Source: Octopus sinensis (taxonomy: Eukaryota). From it: a DNA stretch of 64,000 bases. The first letter of the stretch is position 1, and each line of letters opens with the position of its first letter. Location of the stretch: NCBI RefSeq assembly GCF_006345805.1, contig NC_043011.1, positions 22,208,464-22,272,463 of the forward strand. Reading direction: 5' to 3'. The translations under genes and the position numbers were made by a program. The notes beneath the pieces were generated by a model, which was given only the letters and a program-made list of their open reading frames with translations, was not told the origin of the DNA and ran no database searches. This document shows, piece after piece, positions 24,594-37,411 of this stretch.

Positions 24594-26639
24594 GTGAGTA
24601 GTGTATTTCTTTTTAACTCCTGTTGGTTAGCAAAATAGTTCACTTAAAGTACAAATTTTAATTTTTGTGGTTCCATGTAAAAAAATTAATAGCAAGAACA
24701 AAGATGCGGATTGCTTCAATCAAACAAGTTTTTGAAACTGGAAAAAATACATATATCCCAGTAATAAGTTATCAATATCTTTAGTTTCAGTCACTGTGGC
24801 CATGCTGAAGCACCTCATTGAAGGGTTTATAGATGAGTAAATTGACCCCAGTACTTATTTCTAAGCCTGGTACTTATTCTGTCGGTCTCTTTTGCTGAAT
24901 CATTAGCTTACAAGGATGTAAACAAACCAGTATCAGTTGTGAAGTGGGGTGGGTAGACTCAAACAGAGATGAAAAGACACACACTCATATGATGGTCTTT
25001 CACAAAGTTTCTGTCTATCAAATTCACTCATAAGGCATTGGTTGGCCTAGAAGACACTTGTCCATAGTGCTGTGCAGTGAGCTCAAACACAGAACATTTA
25101 CTTTTTAATAGTATTTCACATCTGTTTTTCCATGCTAGTATGGGATGGATGAGAGTTTTGAGGCAGCATTTTACAACTGGATGCCCTTCCTGTTGCCTAC
25201 CCATACCTGTTTTCAAGTAAGCTATTATATCATGAAAAATGTGACATTTTGTGCATGTATCATCTATTATAGCCTTGCGTTGAGCATTCTTCTCTGTGAA
25301 ATTTGGGCTGATGGCAACTGTATGGAGGCCTTTGGTAATATGCATGTGTTTCTATGTGCTTATATCTGTCTCTTAGCATTGACATCATTCAGCTAGCTGC
25401 AATAATGTTTATGCCTGATAATAAGTCTGACAACTCATTTGGCAGTTCGTTTGATATCATGAAATAAAATACCTTACTTGAAAGGCAAGAGTTAGTATCA
25501 GGAAAGGCATCTGGCCATTGAATACTGTCACAATTGAGTCTTGCCCAGTCAATATCAGTATGGGAAAAGTAGATGTAAAAGTAATGATGGTGATGGTAAT
25601 GATAGTGGTGGCAGTGGTTGTGATGATTGTGATGACAATGATGATTTTAGTTAAAGAAAATAGCAGCTCTTGTGGAAAAAATACTCTTTAGCATTCAGAT
25701 TACACTGTAAAATATAATACATATTTATCTAGATTGTTTTCAATTGATCATGTACTATCTTGCAGTTTCAAGATTTTGATCGTGTGATTGTTTATTTTGA
25801 GAATGACATTGTGTGAGAGGCCAGATCTGGCTAGTTTAAACATAAAACAAGTAGAATATTTGGGCCAGAATTAGCTGGTTTAAATGCTAAAGGGTTAACT
25901 TAAAAGTTGACTTTTATGGCTTGGAGAACAATTGAGTTGACTGGGTTAGTGGTATGTTAGTTGGACTGAATGCTTTACATCATTATACCTCTGTATTTCA
26001 TCTTTCTAAGATCAGATATTGCTGGAGTTAATTTCCTCTTTATCACTCTAGACTTAATAAAATGTGAACCAACAATAATATACTTTATTTGAGTAAATTG
26101 ACTATAACTTTTCCACTAAAGACTAACCATATGCCTGATCAAAAGAAATCAGTTTGTAGGTTGAACTAAATAGCTAAAAACTAAGCTGTTGGTAATTGTA
26201 ATCTCTCCAATTGCTGAACTAATTGGAAAATAAATTTTGTTGTTTGACATAAAAAAGAAAGTAAAAGTTTTTTACTGTACAGACAGTGCAGTGCAACAGA
26301 TACAAGCATAAGAAATATCATAACATTTAAATTACTTGTTTAACTCCAGGTCAGGTTTAATCATGCTCACCTATCATCAGCCACATTGTATTTTAGACAA
26401 CATTATTCAATTAGCTCTTTTTCTTTATAATAGTAGGGAGATCTGACTGCTATTTTTAGCAAGTAGAGAATGATTGAAAAGAGGCTCTCTCTTTGGCTCA
26501 TTTGAATTACCTTATCAGGAAATAAGGACTTCAGGTAGATTGCATCAATATTAGACTATCCATTCATCTTCTCTGTTCACTATTTCTATGAGGGGTCATG
26601 GCGGTAGAATCTTCAGGCATGTCCTCCATGGGGTCCTAT

Positions 26640-26900
26640 CAGAAGCAACTGTCATTTCTGGCTGGATTCTCGAGTGTGATCAACTGAGACTATGGATATT
26701 ATCCAACCATCTCATTCTTGGTCTACCCTTAGGTTTCCTGCCAGTTAGCTCAGCTTGAAGAATCCATCTCGCGATTCTTTCCTGTGACATTCTAATCACA
26801 TGTCTATAGTACTGGAACTGTGACCTTTCAGTGCAGAGAAGCAGTGGCTCAACCTGGAAATTCCAAGCTGTGCACCTTGTCGATTAATCTGATTCCAGAA
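26640..26900 (-). mobile_element. RTE LINE C-terminal fragment
   Basis: Minus frame reads ERSQFQYYRHVIRMSQERIARWILQAELTGRKPKGRPRMRWLDNI, an RTE-type C-terminus. Confidence 0.6.
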
Positions 26901-27425
26901 TCTTAATCCAAACCTGTAAAAAGAGTTCCATTAGATCAGTGTTTCCCAACATATTTTCCTCTAGACCCCACTATAACTTTCCAGAAAAATGTAAGCCCCA
27001 CTGGCGTTTGGGAAAAAACAACTTTATTTTAAATATTTTATCACAATTATTTAATACAAAAGAATCTACCAGTAACTCTTTTATTAAATACTGAGTACAA
27101 AAAAAGTACACTATTGACTAATGAAAAAGTGAATCACTTTAATGAAAACCTTGCACTTGATGAGTGCATGACACTACACTCCACCTCAATTTTCGTGGGC
27201 TCTGCCGGTGGGGCTTATGCCCCATGTTGGGAATCTCTGTATTACATAATATAATTAATATAATTATTACTGGCAACATTCATTCATGTGAATCAGCTGA
27301 GATGGGGAAAAAATATGAGTTGTATATTGATTTCCATAATGTGAGGAAGTGTTGAAGGTAACTATTTCAGTGAGATATTCTACATCAGATTTTTCCTCTT
27401 GAGATCAAAGTGGGGTATATTTATA

Positions 27426-27456
<31 letters not shown>

Positions 27457-27789
27457 AGTTTAACAATTAAGGATAATCTCTTAATAAGGGATCTTAACAA
27501 GAAATTATCGGGTAGCTAGCGTGAAAACCTCATAAAAGAAAAGAATTCGAAAATAATTTTTTTCTTTTGAACAAATTAATTATATCTATATTGTATAGAG
27601 GGCATTATTACACATAAATGCCTCACACTAGGAGGGACAAAGTCATTACTACCAAAATTATACTAATCATACCCAAATGCAGTTTTTCAAAGCAAGACAT
27701 TTAAAAAAATGAATTTAGTTCTGTATCACCGTGATTTCACATTCAACTTACGTCTAATGATCGTCAGCAGAACTGATTCTGAACACATC

Positions 27790-27830
<41 letters not shown>

Positions 27831-29464
27831 TCAGAATTCTGGTTTAACTTTTTAGTGTTTATAAAACTGGCTATATCTGGCTTAATATTCCAATTGTTTT
27901 ATGTTCAAACTGGCAAGATTCAGCTCCTTACAGCTTACCCTACAATGTCATTCTAAGACTAAGCAAAGACACCATTGAAATCTCGAAGCTATAAGATAAT
28001 GTATGGTTAATTCAAAGTAATATGAAGAAATAAGCATTATATTTGACAGAGTAATCTGAATGCTAAAGGGTTAAGCACCCCATATAACCCCTTGTAACTT
28101 TTCTATTATTTGGAATTTTCAGAAAATTTTGTGAATCTATGTTTTACTCACAGGAATTCATATTATGGAAAAAAAAAATTTTTTTGTACTTTCTAACATC
28201 CTCTTCCATAAATTCCACTCTTGAAATTTTTTTTTATAAATCAGTTTAAAATGCAGAGTCTGAACTTTTTGCTTAAATCCCAGCAATGGACCACCTTTGG
28301 GTGCATTATTATTACACTAAATGTGTTTATGGGGAGAAAAATTTTGAAAAACATTAATTCATGTCAGAGTAACAAAGAAATGAGGAAAGTATCAGGTGGT
28401 CATGAGATGTGCTAAAAATGACAGCTAAATTGCCCCTAAATCACACACACACACAAAATTTTTTTTTTTTTTTGCATAATCATGGATTCCTGTCTGTATA
28501 ACATAAATTCGACAAAAGCATTTTGAAAATTTCAAAAAATAAAAAAGCTATGGCAGGGTTATATGGAGTGCTTAAACCAGAATTCCACTATATATTGATC
28601 AGAGAAAAATAGCCAACTAGTGTATCATATATATCCCTGCCTCTAAGTTGTATTCTGCTTAGTACGGAAGTTGTGCTGAATAGGAACAGCTATCTATTGT
28701 TTATTTTGAATTTAACATTGCAAATTAAAGGTCTCTGTGAAGAGCAGTCAGATCTTCAAAATTCACCTTACTCTCTTAACCTATTTATTACCATATTTCT
28801 GTTGAAATATACTTCCATTGTTTTAATTAATTTGAAAATAACGAAGAATTTAGTGAAATGACTGTCATTATTAAGCTGATATTTGGAACAAATTAATGTG
28901 ACATTTTGATTGTCTCAGGAGATTGGTATAAATAGAGTTAAATATGGATGATGGATATATTCTTTTTCTTTTACATGTTTCAGTTATTGGATTATAATCA
29001 TGCAGGGATATTGCCTTTAAGAGTTTTAGTCAATCATAGTATCTCAGTACTTATTTTCAAGTCCAATTGCTGTACCCTTTAAGTTTAGCACATAAACACA
29101 GACACTCTATACATGTATATAATGGGTTTCTGTGCAGTTTCTGTCTTGCAATTTTACTTAAAATGTATTAGTTACACTGATGATGTTGTAGAAAACACTT
29201 GCCCATGAGTGGGATTGAACCTGAGAACATGTAGTTGCAAAGCAAAAACAGACTTCTTAATGGCACATTCCTGCTGGATAAGTTGGTCCTAAATATATCA
29301 GAAAACAAAACAGCTATGCTTGCATTCTTTGGATAAGTTAACTCTGAATATGCCAGAGAAGACACTGAGAGTGGTTATCCTTGAGTGCTAGTCAAATGGT
29401 GAAAACAAAACCTAGCCTGTTTTGTGTTTTTGTGAGTATGTGTTTGTGTTGGCAAAAAATTGCC

Positions 29465-29615
29465 CGTAGCAGACATGAAAGTGGAGCATTTTGGACGAGC
29501 TCAGCACCACTGGCCTGACATGGGAAGCAGCCAAGAAACACGCCAATGACCAAAAAAAGTGGAAAACAACTGTTGAGGCCCTATGCTCCACAAAGTACAA
29601 AAAGGATTAAGAAGA
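29465..29615 (+). mobile_element. RTE-type LINE 3' end (same family as 61020-61315)
   Basis: Shares GCAGACATG(A/G)AAGTGGAGCATTTTGGACGAG..GGGAAGCAGCCAAGAAAC..GGATTAAGAAGAA with the 61 kb copy. Confidence 0.7.
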
Positions 29616-29619
29616 ATGT

Positions 29620-29650
<31 letters not shown>

Positions 29651-29792
29651 GTATATTATGTAAATGTATATACATCTATATACTTTGATAAGTGTCAGTC
29701 AGTATTGGCCCAGGCCATGTCTACATCAAGTGCCTGGAGGAGGTAGTACCTCTCTGGGTGAAGTGGGTGTCTGCTTAAGAGCCTTTGTCTAG

Positions 29793-30213
29793 CAACAGGA
29801 CTCTGCACTATGCCACAGAAGCAGAAGAACCCAGTCATGGCTGTCAAACAATTTCTGTGACCACATCACTCCTAACATCTGGCCACCTAATTCCCCAGAC
29901 TGCAACCCCCTTGATTATTATGTGTGGGGTACAGTTGAGCGAGAGACCATCAAAACTCCTTGTAACATGAAAGATTAACTGAAGGCAAGGATTACGGCAG
30001 CATTCACCAACTTAAACAAGGAGACCATCCAGAAGAGTTGCAGGAGATTCTGAAGTCATCTGAAGGCCATGGTTGAAGTCAATGGCAATTTTATTTACTC
30101 TTTAGTATTTCAAGATATTTATATGTAATTTTGGTATATGCATTAAAACGATATGTCAGTGTTACTTTCATTTTTGATAATTTAGACAAGAGTTTATTCA
30201 CTGCACCCTCTGT
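29793..30213 (+). mobile_element. DD37D (maT-type) Tc1/mariner transposase 3' remnant
   Basis: Translates QQDSALCH...WPPNSPDCNPLDYYVWG; 37 residues lie between the second and third Asp; in-frame stops follow. Confidence 0.75.
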
Positions 30214-30326
30214 GTGTGTGTGTGTGTAAACCCATGCCAGCATGGAAAGCAATGCTAAATGACAATGATGGTGATATATGTATATTTGTGTATTTATATA
30301 TATGTGTATATGTATGTGTATGTGTT

Positions 30327-30359
<33 letters not shown>

Positions 30360-30393
30360 ATATATATATATATGTATATATGTATATTTATGT

Positions 30394-30441
<48 letters not shown>

Positions 30442-31265
30442 GTATGTGTGTGTATGTGCAAGTATATATGTGAATATACACTAGATGTACGCATGACCCA
30501 TTGGGTCACAACCACTCCAAGTTCAAAATGTCAATGTGTGGTGGCAAATGAAAAAATAGTATTTCGAACTTCATGTTATAAAATTCTTAAATAATAGTTC
30601 TGTCTTTAGTGCAACAACATAAACACACGCCCACGTGTTTATTCTTTGAAAACATGCAAATGGCCTTCAAATTTTTTTCCTTGCTTTGTTCTTTGCTATT
30701 CTTTGTTACTATTGCAAGTGAAATACACGGGTACTTCAGCATTAAGTAATGTTTTTGCAAAGTCATCATTGGTGCACAATGAAAAGAATTCTGTCAGTGT
30801 TGTTCTCATATGTCATTCATTGACAGCTCTGTATATCCTCACTATTTCTGAGCAATATCCTTTGTTCATCTGGAACTTGCAGTTTCACTATTGCAGGTGC
30901 TCTTTCATGAATTGAAATGAATTGAAATGGATGCAACTGCTTTGGATGGTCCAATATACCTACCCATTAGATATTGACTAATTTTGTTATCATTGTTTAT
31001 TTGTTTAGCAGCTTGGTCATTACCTTTCAGTGTGTACTTGATGATGTACTTAATTGACCTCACCGAGGCAATGATTTCAACGTTGCAGTGGCATTTGAAT
31101 GCTCTTCAAAGAGTTTCATTATGAGCTACAACCCATTTGCTGCTTGTTTTTCCATTCTTATGAGATTCAACTCCTCCCATTGCAACTGATCTTTGTCTAT
31201 AAAGTGATAATCTCTCTGTCTGTTTTTCTACCTTTTTGATTAAGATGATAAAGATTAATGTTTTA

Positions 31266-31778
31266 TCTATATATATAAAACTGTAGTTGTGTGAGTGTCT
31301 GTCCCCTTCGATTTAGATTCCTAACTACTCCCACATTTTGCGGTGCAGTTTAACCAAATTCGGGTATCTTATAGTCGTGATTCATATCAAGCTCGTCTGG
31401 CTATTAGCGCGCGTCTACGATGAGTCTACGATTTAAAAAATAATTTAACATCATTTTTTATTCCATTTTAATGCATAATTTTTCGTGTGTCGATGGCGGC
31501 GGAGTTGGCGTCCATGGTCACACCTGCACCTGTTTGCTTCTCCCCCTTCTTCCCTCCCTCGTGAAGCTGTGGGGAAGGGAGTGTAAGGAAATCAACGTCG
31601 TAAAGCGTTGTCAAGGAGACCAGCGTTCTTTTAGAACAACGACTTCATGGCTTGAAGACACCAAAACAGAAATGGCTAAGAAAGCCCGAATTGGCATCCA
31701 TAAGGGAAGTAACTCTCTAAAAATGCTTATATAGTTATTTCCCTTACAAACCCGAGCAACGCCGGGCGATACTGCTAG
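31266..31778 (+). mobile_element. Non-autonomous Helitron (513 bp)
   Basis: A|TC start, subterminal hairpin CCCG-AGCAACGC-CGGG, CTAG|T end, no TSD. Confidence 0.9.
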
Positions 31779-32193
31779 TTTTAAATAAAATAGTAATTTT
31801 CCCCTTTAAGAAAAAAAAAAAGAAAGAAAAACAATCAAGTATATATGATTCAAAAACTATCTCATAAAAATATAGAGAGAATTTCTATCTTTCAGTCCAA
31901 AAAGTTGTGTAAATGATTAAGTAAAGGGAAAAAAAGTAAGAAAAAAGGACAGATAGCTGTAGCTGTGATGACTCTTTGAAGTGTCGCTGTTGCAGACTGA
32001 CATTTTCAACTTGATTTTTTTCTTAAAGGGGGAAATGACTATTTTATTTGTAATCCTTATAATCTTAATCAAAGGGCAAGAAAATATGCAATATCCCTAC
32101 ATATCTCACATCTATATTCTTTTATTTCCTCCACCTCACTCTCTATTTTATATCTTATCTAAATTAACTATTTCTTAACCATCCTCTCACACT

Positions 32194-32241
32194 GTCTCTG
32201 ATGAAGGGATATAATAAATATCCTGGAAACAGCTGTAAGAC
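32194..32241 (+). ncRNA. Minimal type-I hammerhead ribozyme motif in a Penelope-like repeat fragment
   Basis: GUCU-CUGAUGA-AGGGAUAU/AAUAA/AUAUCCUG-GAAAC-AGCU-GUA^AGAC: stem I GUCU/AGAC, intact core, palindromic loop 3; A-G mismatch at the base of stem II. Confidence 0.65.
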
Positions 32242-32307
32242 CTTCCATCTATAAATGTTCTAAAATCTACATAGCCTTGGTTTTTTTTTATCTCATTACG
32301 AAATAAA

Positions 32308-32360
<53 letters not shown>

Positions 32361-33119
32361 CACATACTCACACGCTTCCACATAGTTTTCAGAAACTTAA
32401 TCCCAAGTTGCTCTGCAGTGTAACTGAACTGAAAACTATGTAGTAGCAAACCTCACACCCATACCTAAGTTGTTTAGTCACTGATCATCCTGTCTATTAT
32501 TCAGTCATAGTATATCTTTTGTTAAAGATTGTAGGATGTGGTCTGAGGGAGATATGATGGCTATATCTTGGAGGTCAAATGACTGTGTAGAGGCTCTTGT
32601 TGGCTTGTAACTTACGGCAACACATTATGTGTGGTGTAGCTTATTTTAATTTGTACTCATTTTAAATTAATTTTTTCATTATTATTATCATTTATCTCCA
32701 TTTTGATGGCATGAATGAAATCATGTGAAATTGTTTTTAAATTACTATAATTACACCAGTATAATATCTAATAAAAATAGATTTGGTTTTGTTTGATTAA
32801 ATTGCTAGAAAATTCTGACTATTCATGCCATAGACTCTACTATTAACCACATTCTCTCAATAAACACTTTGCACATGTTAACCTCATTAAATGATTTGCA
32901 GCTAGTCACAGTGACAAACATTCTCTTTTCTATACATTCAACACTAGAAGTCAATAGTTACATAAATTTATTATTTTGGAGAGGGGGGAGAATCCAACCT
33001 TGTAAGTCTTTAGCAATATTATTTTATTTATTTATTTTTTTTTTGTTGTGCTTTTATGAATAAAGCTATTACTGGTTATAAGTTTCTAATGTGTCTGTTG
33101 TTGGTTTAGTGCAGTTTTG

Positions 33120-33670
33120 ATAATGAGGGTAACAGAAAGTGTTCATGAACACAGAAACAATACAATGCATGGTGGGACAACTTTTTACAAAGATTGTATT
33201 AGCTTAACGCTTAAAAGGAAAGAAGAGAGTCTTGACATTTTTGACACTAGTCCTTCATCAGAAGATAAGTGTAGAGGTTTTGGAAAAGTGGTTAGAGGTG
33301 GAGGAATGGGTGGGGGATGTGAGGAGTTAGTGGCAGGTGGGAATGCAATTTTATGGAGTGCAGGGTTAAGAAAGAAAGAGGGGCAGGAGATGCATGCGTG
33401 GGAGTGTACCTGTGCAATAAAATAGACATAGGTGGCAGGTGTGAATGTGGATTTCTTTTGTTCGAAAACAGTATGTGTGTAGAGGTATGCAGGTGTGTAA
33501 GTGTAGTGGCATAAGACAGTGGGGTGTTGGTGTGCATGTGTAAGTGTATTGTGTATGAGGAAAGTGTAGAAATGAAGAAGTGGCATCAGGTGCAAGTATA
33601 AGGTGAAAGGGAAGGCAAGACATGTAGAAGTGTGTGTGTGTGTGTAGAGGTATGGATTGGATATGCTGTT
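33120..33670 (-). mobile_element. Penelope-like terminal-repeat remnant with decayed hammerhead core
   Basis: Minus strand 33230-33265 reads UCUU-CUGAUGA-AGGACUAGUGUC-AAAAAU-GUC-AAGA, next to a pyrimidine-rich (minus-strand) tract; boundaries approximate. Confidence 0.45.
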
Positions 33671-35684
33671 GGGAACCATATTATTTTCTTAGGTCTGTTT
33701 TAAAAATACACCTAGGAAAATGATATGGTTTGCCCCCCCCCCTTTTTTTTTCTCCCTAAATGTTCAAACTAACATAGGTGAGAAATTGTCTCTTTTATAT
33801 AAGCATTTCCTAGTAAACCACAAATACAGGAAGATTTTTGACAGATGTTTGATTGAAATATCACATGTCTGGCCCAATATGAAGAACATTATCACTTGCA
33901 AGCATCACAGAGAGGCCACTCCCAGTTGTAACATTTGAGACCTTGAAGCTTGCCCACTTGACTAAGCATGTATGATAAACTCCATCGTCTATGAGGTAGT
34001 TACAGCAACACTTCAAGATAACCATACTGAAAAGAAAGATTACATTGGTTTATGTGAAGGTAATTTCAAAAGACATGCAAACCTCCTATCTTCTTTTTGG
34101 CACCTCTCAACAAAAGTAAAGTCACTAAGTTGACTAGCCATGTATGGGGTTTGAAAACCAACGACACACCACATACAATCAAGTGGAGAATTTTAGAGAA
34201 ATCCATGCCATGTGTAAATTGATCTAAGAAATGCAGCTTATGCATAACTCAAAGATCGCACATTATTGTTAGATCTAAGAATTCTGCTGCACTACTTAAT
34301 TACAGATCTGAAATTTTCAGAAAATGCAAGCATATGGACAAATTTCTGAAAGACACCACTCTCCCTGGATTGAGTAGCTGTCTCAAAGATTTTGGATCCC
34401 TCTCCTTTGAATTATTCTACAACTAGTTTAGTTATGGTTTTTCCAGTCAAAGGGAATGTAACTCTTTTTTTCTTTTCTTTTCTCTTTCTGTTTTTATTCA
34501 CCTTGCCACTTTTTGCATCAGTATTTTTTTTCTCATTATTTCTCATGCACCAGCATCTTGATTTCCTTGGGACTTGGAATTGTATAATAGTTGAAATGTT
34601 GTCAGATGGAGTGTGCAAAAAGTCAAGAATATGCAACCAGTAGTGGATGCATGCAAACATCATAAATCCGATTTTTAACTTCAGAGTGGAGAGTTTCCTG
34701 TATCTTTTGTACTTCATGTAAATCTGTTCTGTAAATATATAATATGCTTGTACATGACAAATATTTTCAGCTTTTGTTTCTCTCTATGTTTGCATGCATG
34801 TATGCATGCATGCATACTGATGGCATATGATCCAGTGCAAATATTGACCAAGTCAGTTACAGTGATTAGTATACTTAACTAATACCTACATAGAGCAGCC
34901 AGAGATGAGGTGGTCAATTGTATCTCTGGTTCTATCACACAAGCAGCAGGAAGGATCAGCATCATCTTTGAGAATGCTGGTAAGTTTTAATTTGTGCACT
35001 CTGATTCTGAGCTGCAAAATGAAACTTACTGTTTCTGATGTAAGTCCAAATTCAGACAACCACCAATGGATTGTATATGTACCAACATCAGAGTTGTTGG
35101 CTCTTGCTGGGTATTAAGCATATAATGTCTATTACTCAGCTCTGAGATTCCATTTGGTTTGGCTTGAGCTTTTATTTGTTTTGCTTTCACAGTAGGTTCT
35201 TCTGTTTCATCCAGTTATGCCCCAGTCTCTGATTTTTAAAAGTTCCTTTGCATATTTCTTTGCTCCTTCTGATATTGAGTGTAGTTTCTTGGTGCTGTTA
35301 TTTTTGCAGACAAGTTCAGGCATCCAGTCATTAGTGTTCTTCAGATAAATCTAGTCCTATAGTTGCAGTCTTTGAAGACAGTTGCAGCTGCATCAGTCCA
35401 CATCCTCCATCCCTTCATGGGATGTTTAGTCTGTTCACATCAGTCTTTTGGTGATGCATGTGGTGCATTGTGAGAAACTCATGTATTATTATTATTATTA
35501 TTATTGAGTGAGAGAGCAGTTCATGCCATCAAAGTGACACTGGGGTAAAATATACGAAGCCCAATATACCCATCATGACTACCTGTCTGATAAAGGTACA
35601 CCAGGCACATGCATCACAACCATATGTGCGCGACATGGTGATCTCATATCAAGATAAACAGCACATGACCTTGCAGGTGGGGCC

Positions 35685-35729
<45 letters not shown>

Positions 35730-35775
35730 AAAAAAATTTTTAGAAAAAGGATTGATATAACTCCTCACAAAGGTA

Positions 35776-36030
35776 AATAGTTAATACGAAGAGCGCGACG
35801 CGATTGCAATAAATATTTTATTGGTTTGAACAGTATTTTGACAGCTTGCTTGTCTTTGTCATGTTCAAAATAAAAAGTGATACATAGAAATTCAAAATTA
35901 TAGAAATTCAAATTTTGAATTTCTGTGTATCACTTTTCATTTTAAACTCGATGAAGACAGGCAGGCTGTCGAAATACTGTTCAAACCAATAAAATATCTA
36001 TTGCAATTGCATTGCACTCTTCGTATTGTC

Positions 36031-36034
<4 letters not shown>
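35776..36034. repeat. About 260-bp imperfect palindrome (arms about 120 bp)
   Basis: AATACGAAGAG..TATTTTATTGGTTTGAACAGTATTT..AGTGATACATAGAAATTCAAAATT pairs with the right arm at roughly 85% identity. Confidence 0.85.
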
Positions 36035-36064
<30 letters not shown>

Positions 36065-36338
36065 ATTATTATTATTATCATTATTATCATTATCGTTGTT
36101 GTTATTTATTGCTTGTGCACTTTCCCTACAGCAAACCAGTCAACTGGAAGATTGAGGTAAACAGAAATAAGTGCCTTGTAGGGATTGTATGGGAAGAAAA
36201 CATCTGTAACAATAGAGTTGGAACTCATAAACATTATGGCTGGTATTGCAGCACCTTATCATCACATCCAGTATGTTTGACATTAAAAAAAACACACAAC
36301 AAACTATTTAAAAATGAAGGTAGGGAATTTCTACTTAA

Positions 36339-37411
36339 CCCTTTCGTTACTATATTTCTGACCAAAATACACCCCTTATGTGTTTCAATTAATTTCTAAC
36401 ATAATCATAAATTTAGTCTGGTTTCATTAAACAACTATAACTTTTTTATTTATCAATATATTAATGAGATTTTTGGAAGATAATTTAATGAAATGTTCTC
36501 AACCAATTCTATACTATAATTTTTGTCACAAAGTGACTCTAATTGCAGGTAGATACAGGTAAATTCAACAAAATATAAAATTATTAAAATTTTGTTCAAA
36601 CATCGCTATAGAAAATGGGTTATTAGCTAATATTCAATTGGGTATACAACAAAATTTTACGATAGAATTTGTTATTCTGGGTAACTTTCTGATACCCATA
36701 ATAATATTTATGGCAAAATAGTCTTAATTTCATTTAAGGCTGTGGGAAACCACTAACTATCCTTTCTTTCGCTTTGTTTACATTTAGCGTAACGGTTCGT
36801 TTCCACCATAATGATTTCAAATAGGCTCATTCGAAAAAGTAAAAAGAAATAGTCTAAGGCTTTACTCTCCTGGGATGGTCCAGTTTCTTCTGAAAAATCA
36901 CTGAAAGAAACAGTTTTTAAATTTTCACTCCATTCAGGTGCCAATTCATTTTCTTTATCGCTGTCGGAGATCTCGGATTCACTGTTTTCACTTTCGGAAA
37001 ATGAAACATCAGATTCATTATCAAATACCACATGCTTTTTTTTTTCAGTCATAGAGTTAGATTTATTAAGTCTTCAGTAGAAAATCCTTTGAATTCTGAC
37101 TCGCTGCTTGATATAATGAAATTTGTATCCATTTTTTGTCAGAATTACAAATTTTAAAAACACAATAGGAACAAATTTCAGAAAAAAATCTCCCAAAATT
37201 CACGGAATTAAAATTACACTTTGATTCTTGTACAAAACTGTAGTTGAACTGTTTACGAAGTATAATACGTGTTTTCACGAATGTACAAAAGAGATTTGCT
37301 CTGATATTCTCATTTAAATATGAATAGGTAAATACGGGCAGGTTTGGGCGGTTTGGTCACATTAACCAAAATTTTTTTCGGGCGGCTTTGGGCGGTTTGG
37401 TAACAAAAGGG
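36339..37411 (-). mobile_element. Internally deleted piggyBac element with transposase N-terminal remnant
   Basis: TTAA|CCCTTTCGTTACTA ... TGGTAACAAAAGGG|TTAA; ORF 36753-37052 has an acidic Ser-rich N-terminus then W..FS..ETGP..LDYFFLLF..IIMVETNRYA; GGGCGGTTTGG-like subterminal repeats. Confidence 0.85.

Noticed and set aside
31471-31734. Duplicated 87-aa ORF (also 39663-39926) as a novel gene pair
   Set aside because: Both lie inside the two Helitron copies; there is no splice context or recognisable domain.
35200-35480. Possible non-LTR retrotransposon peptide remnant on the minus strand (GLMQLQLSSKTATIGL)
   Set aside because: Too short and degenerate to classify by eye, so it is not listed as a feature.
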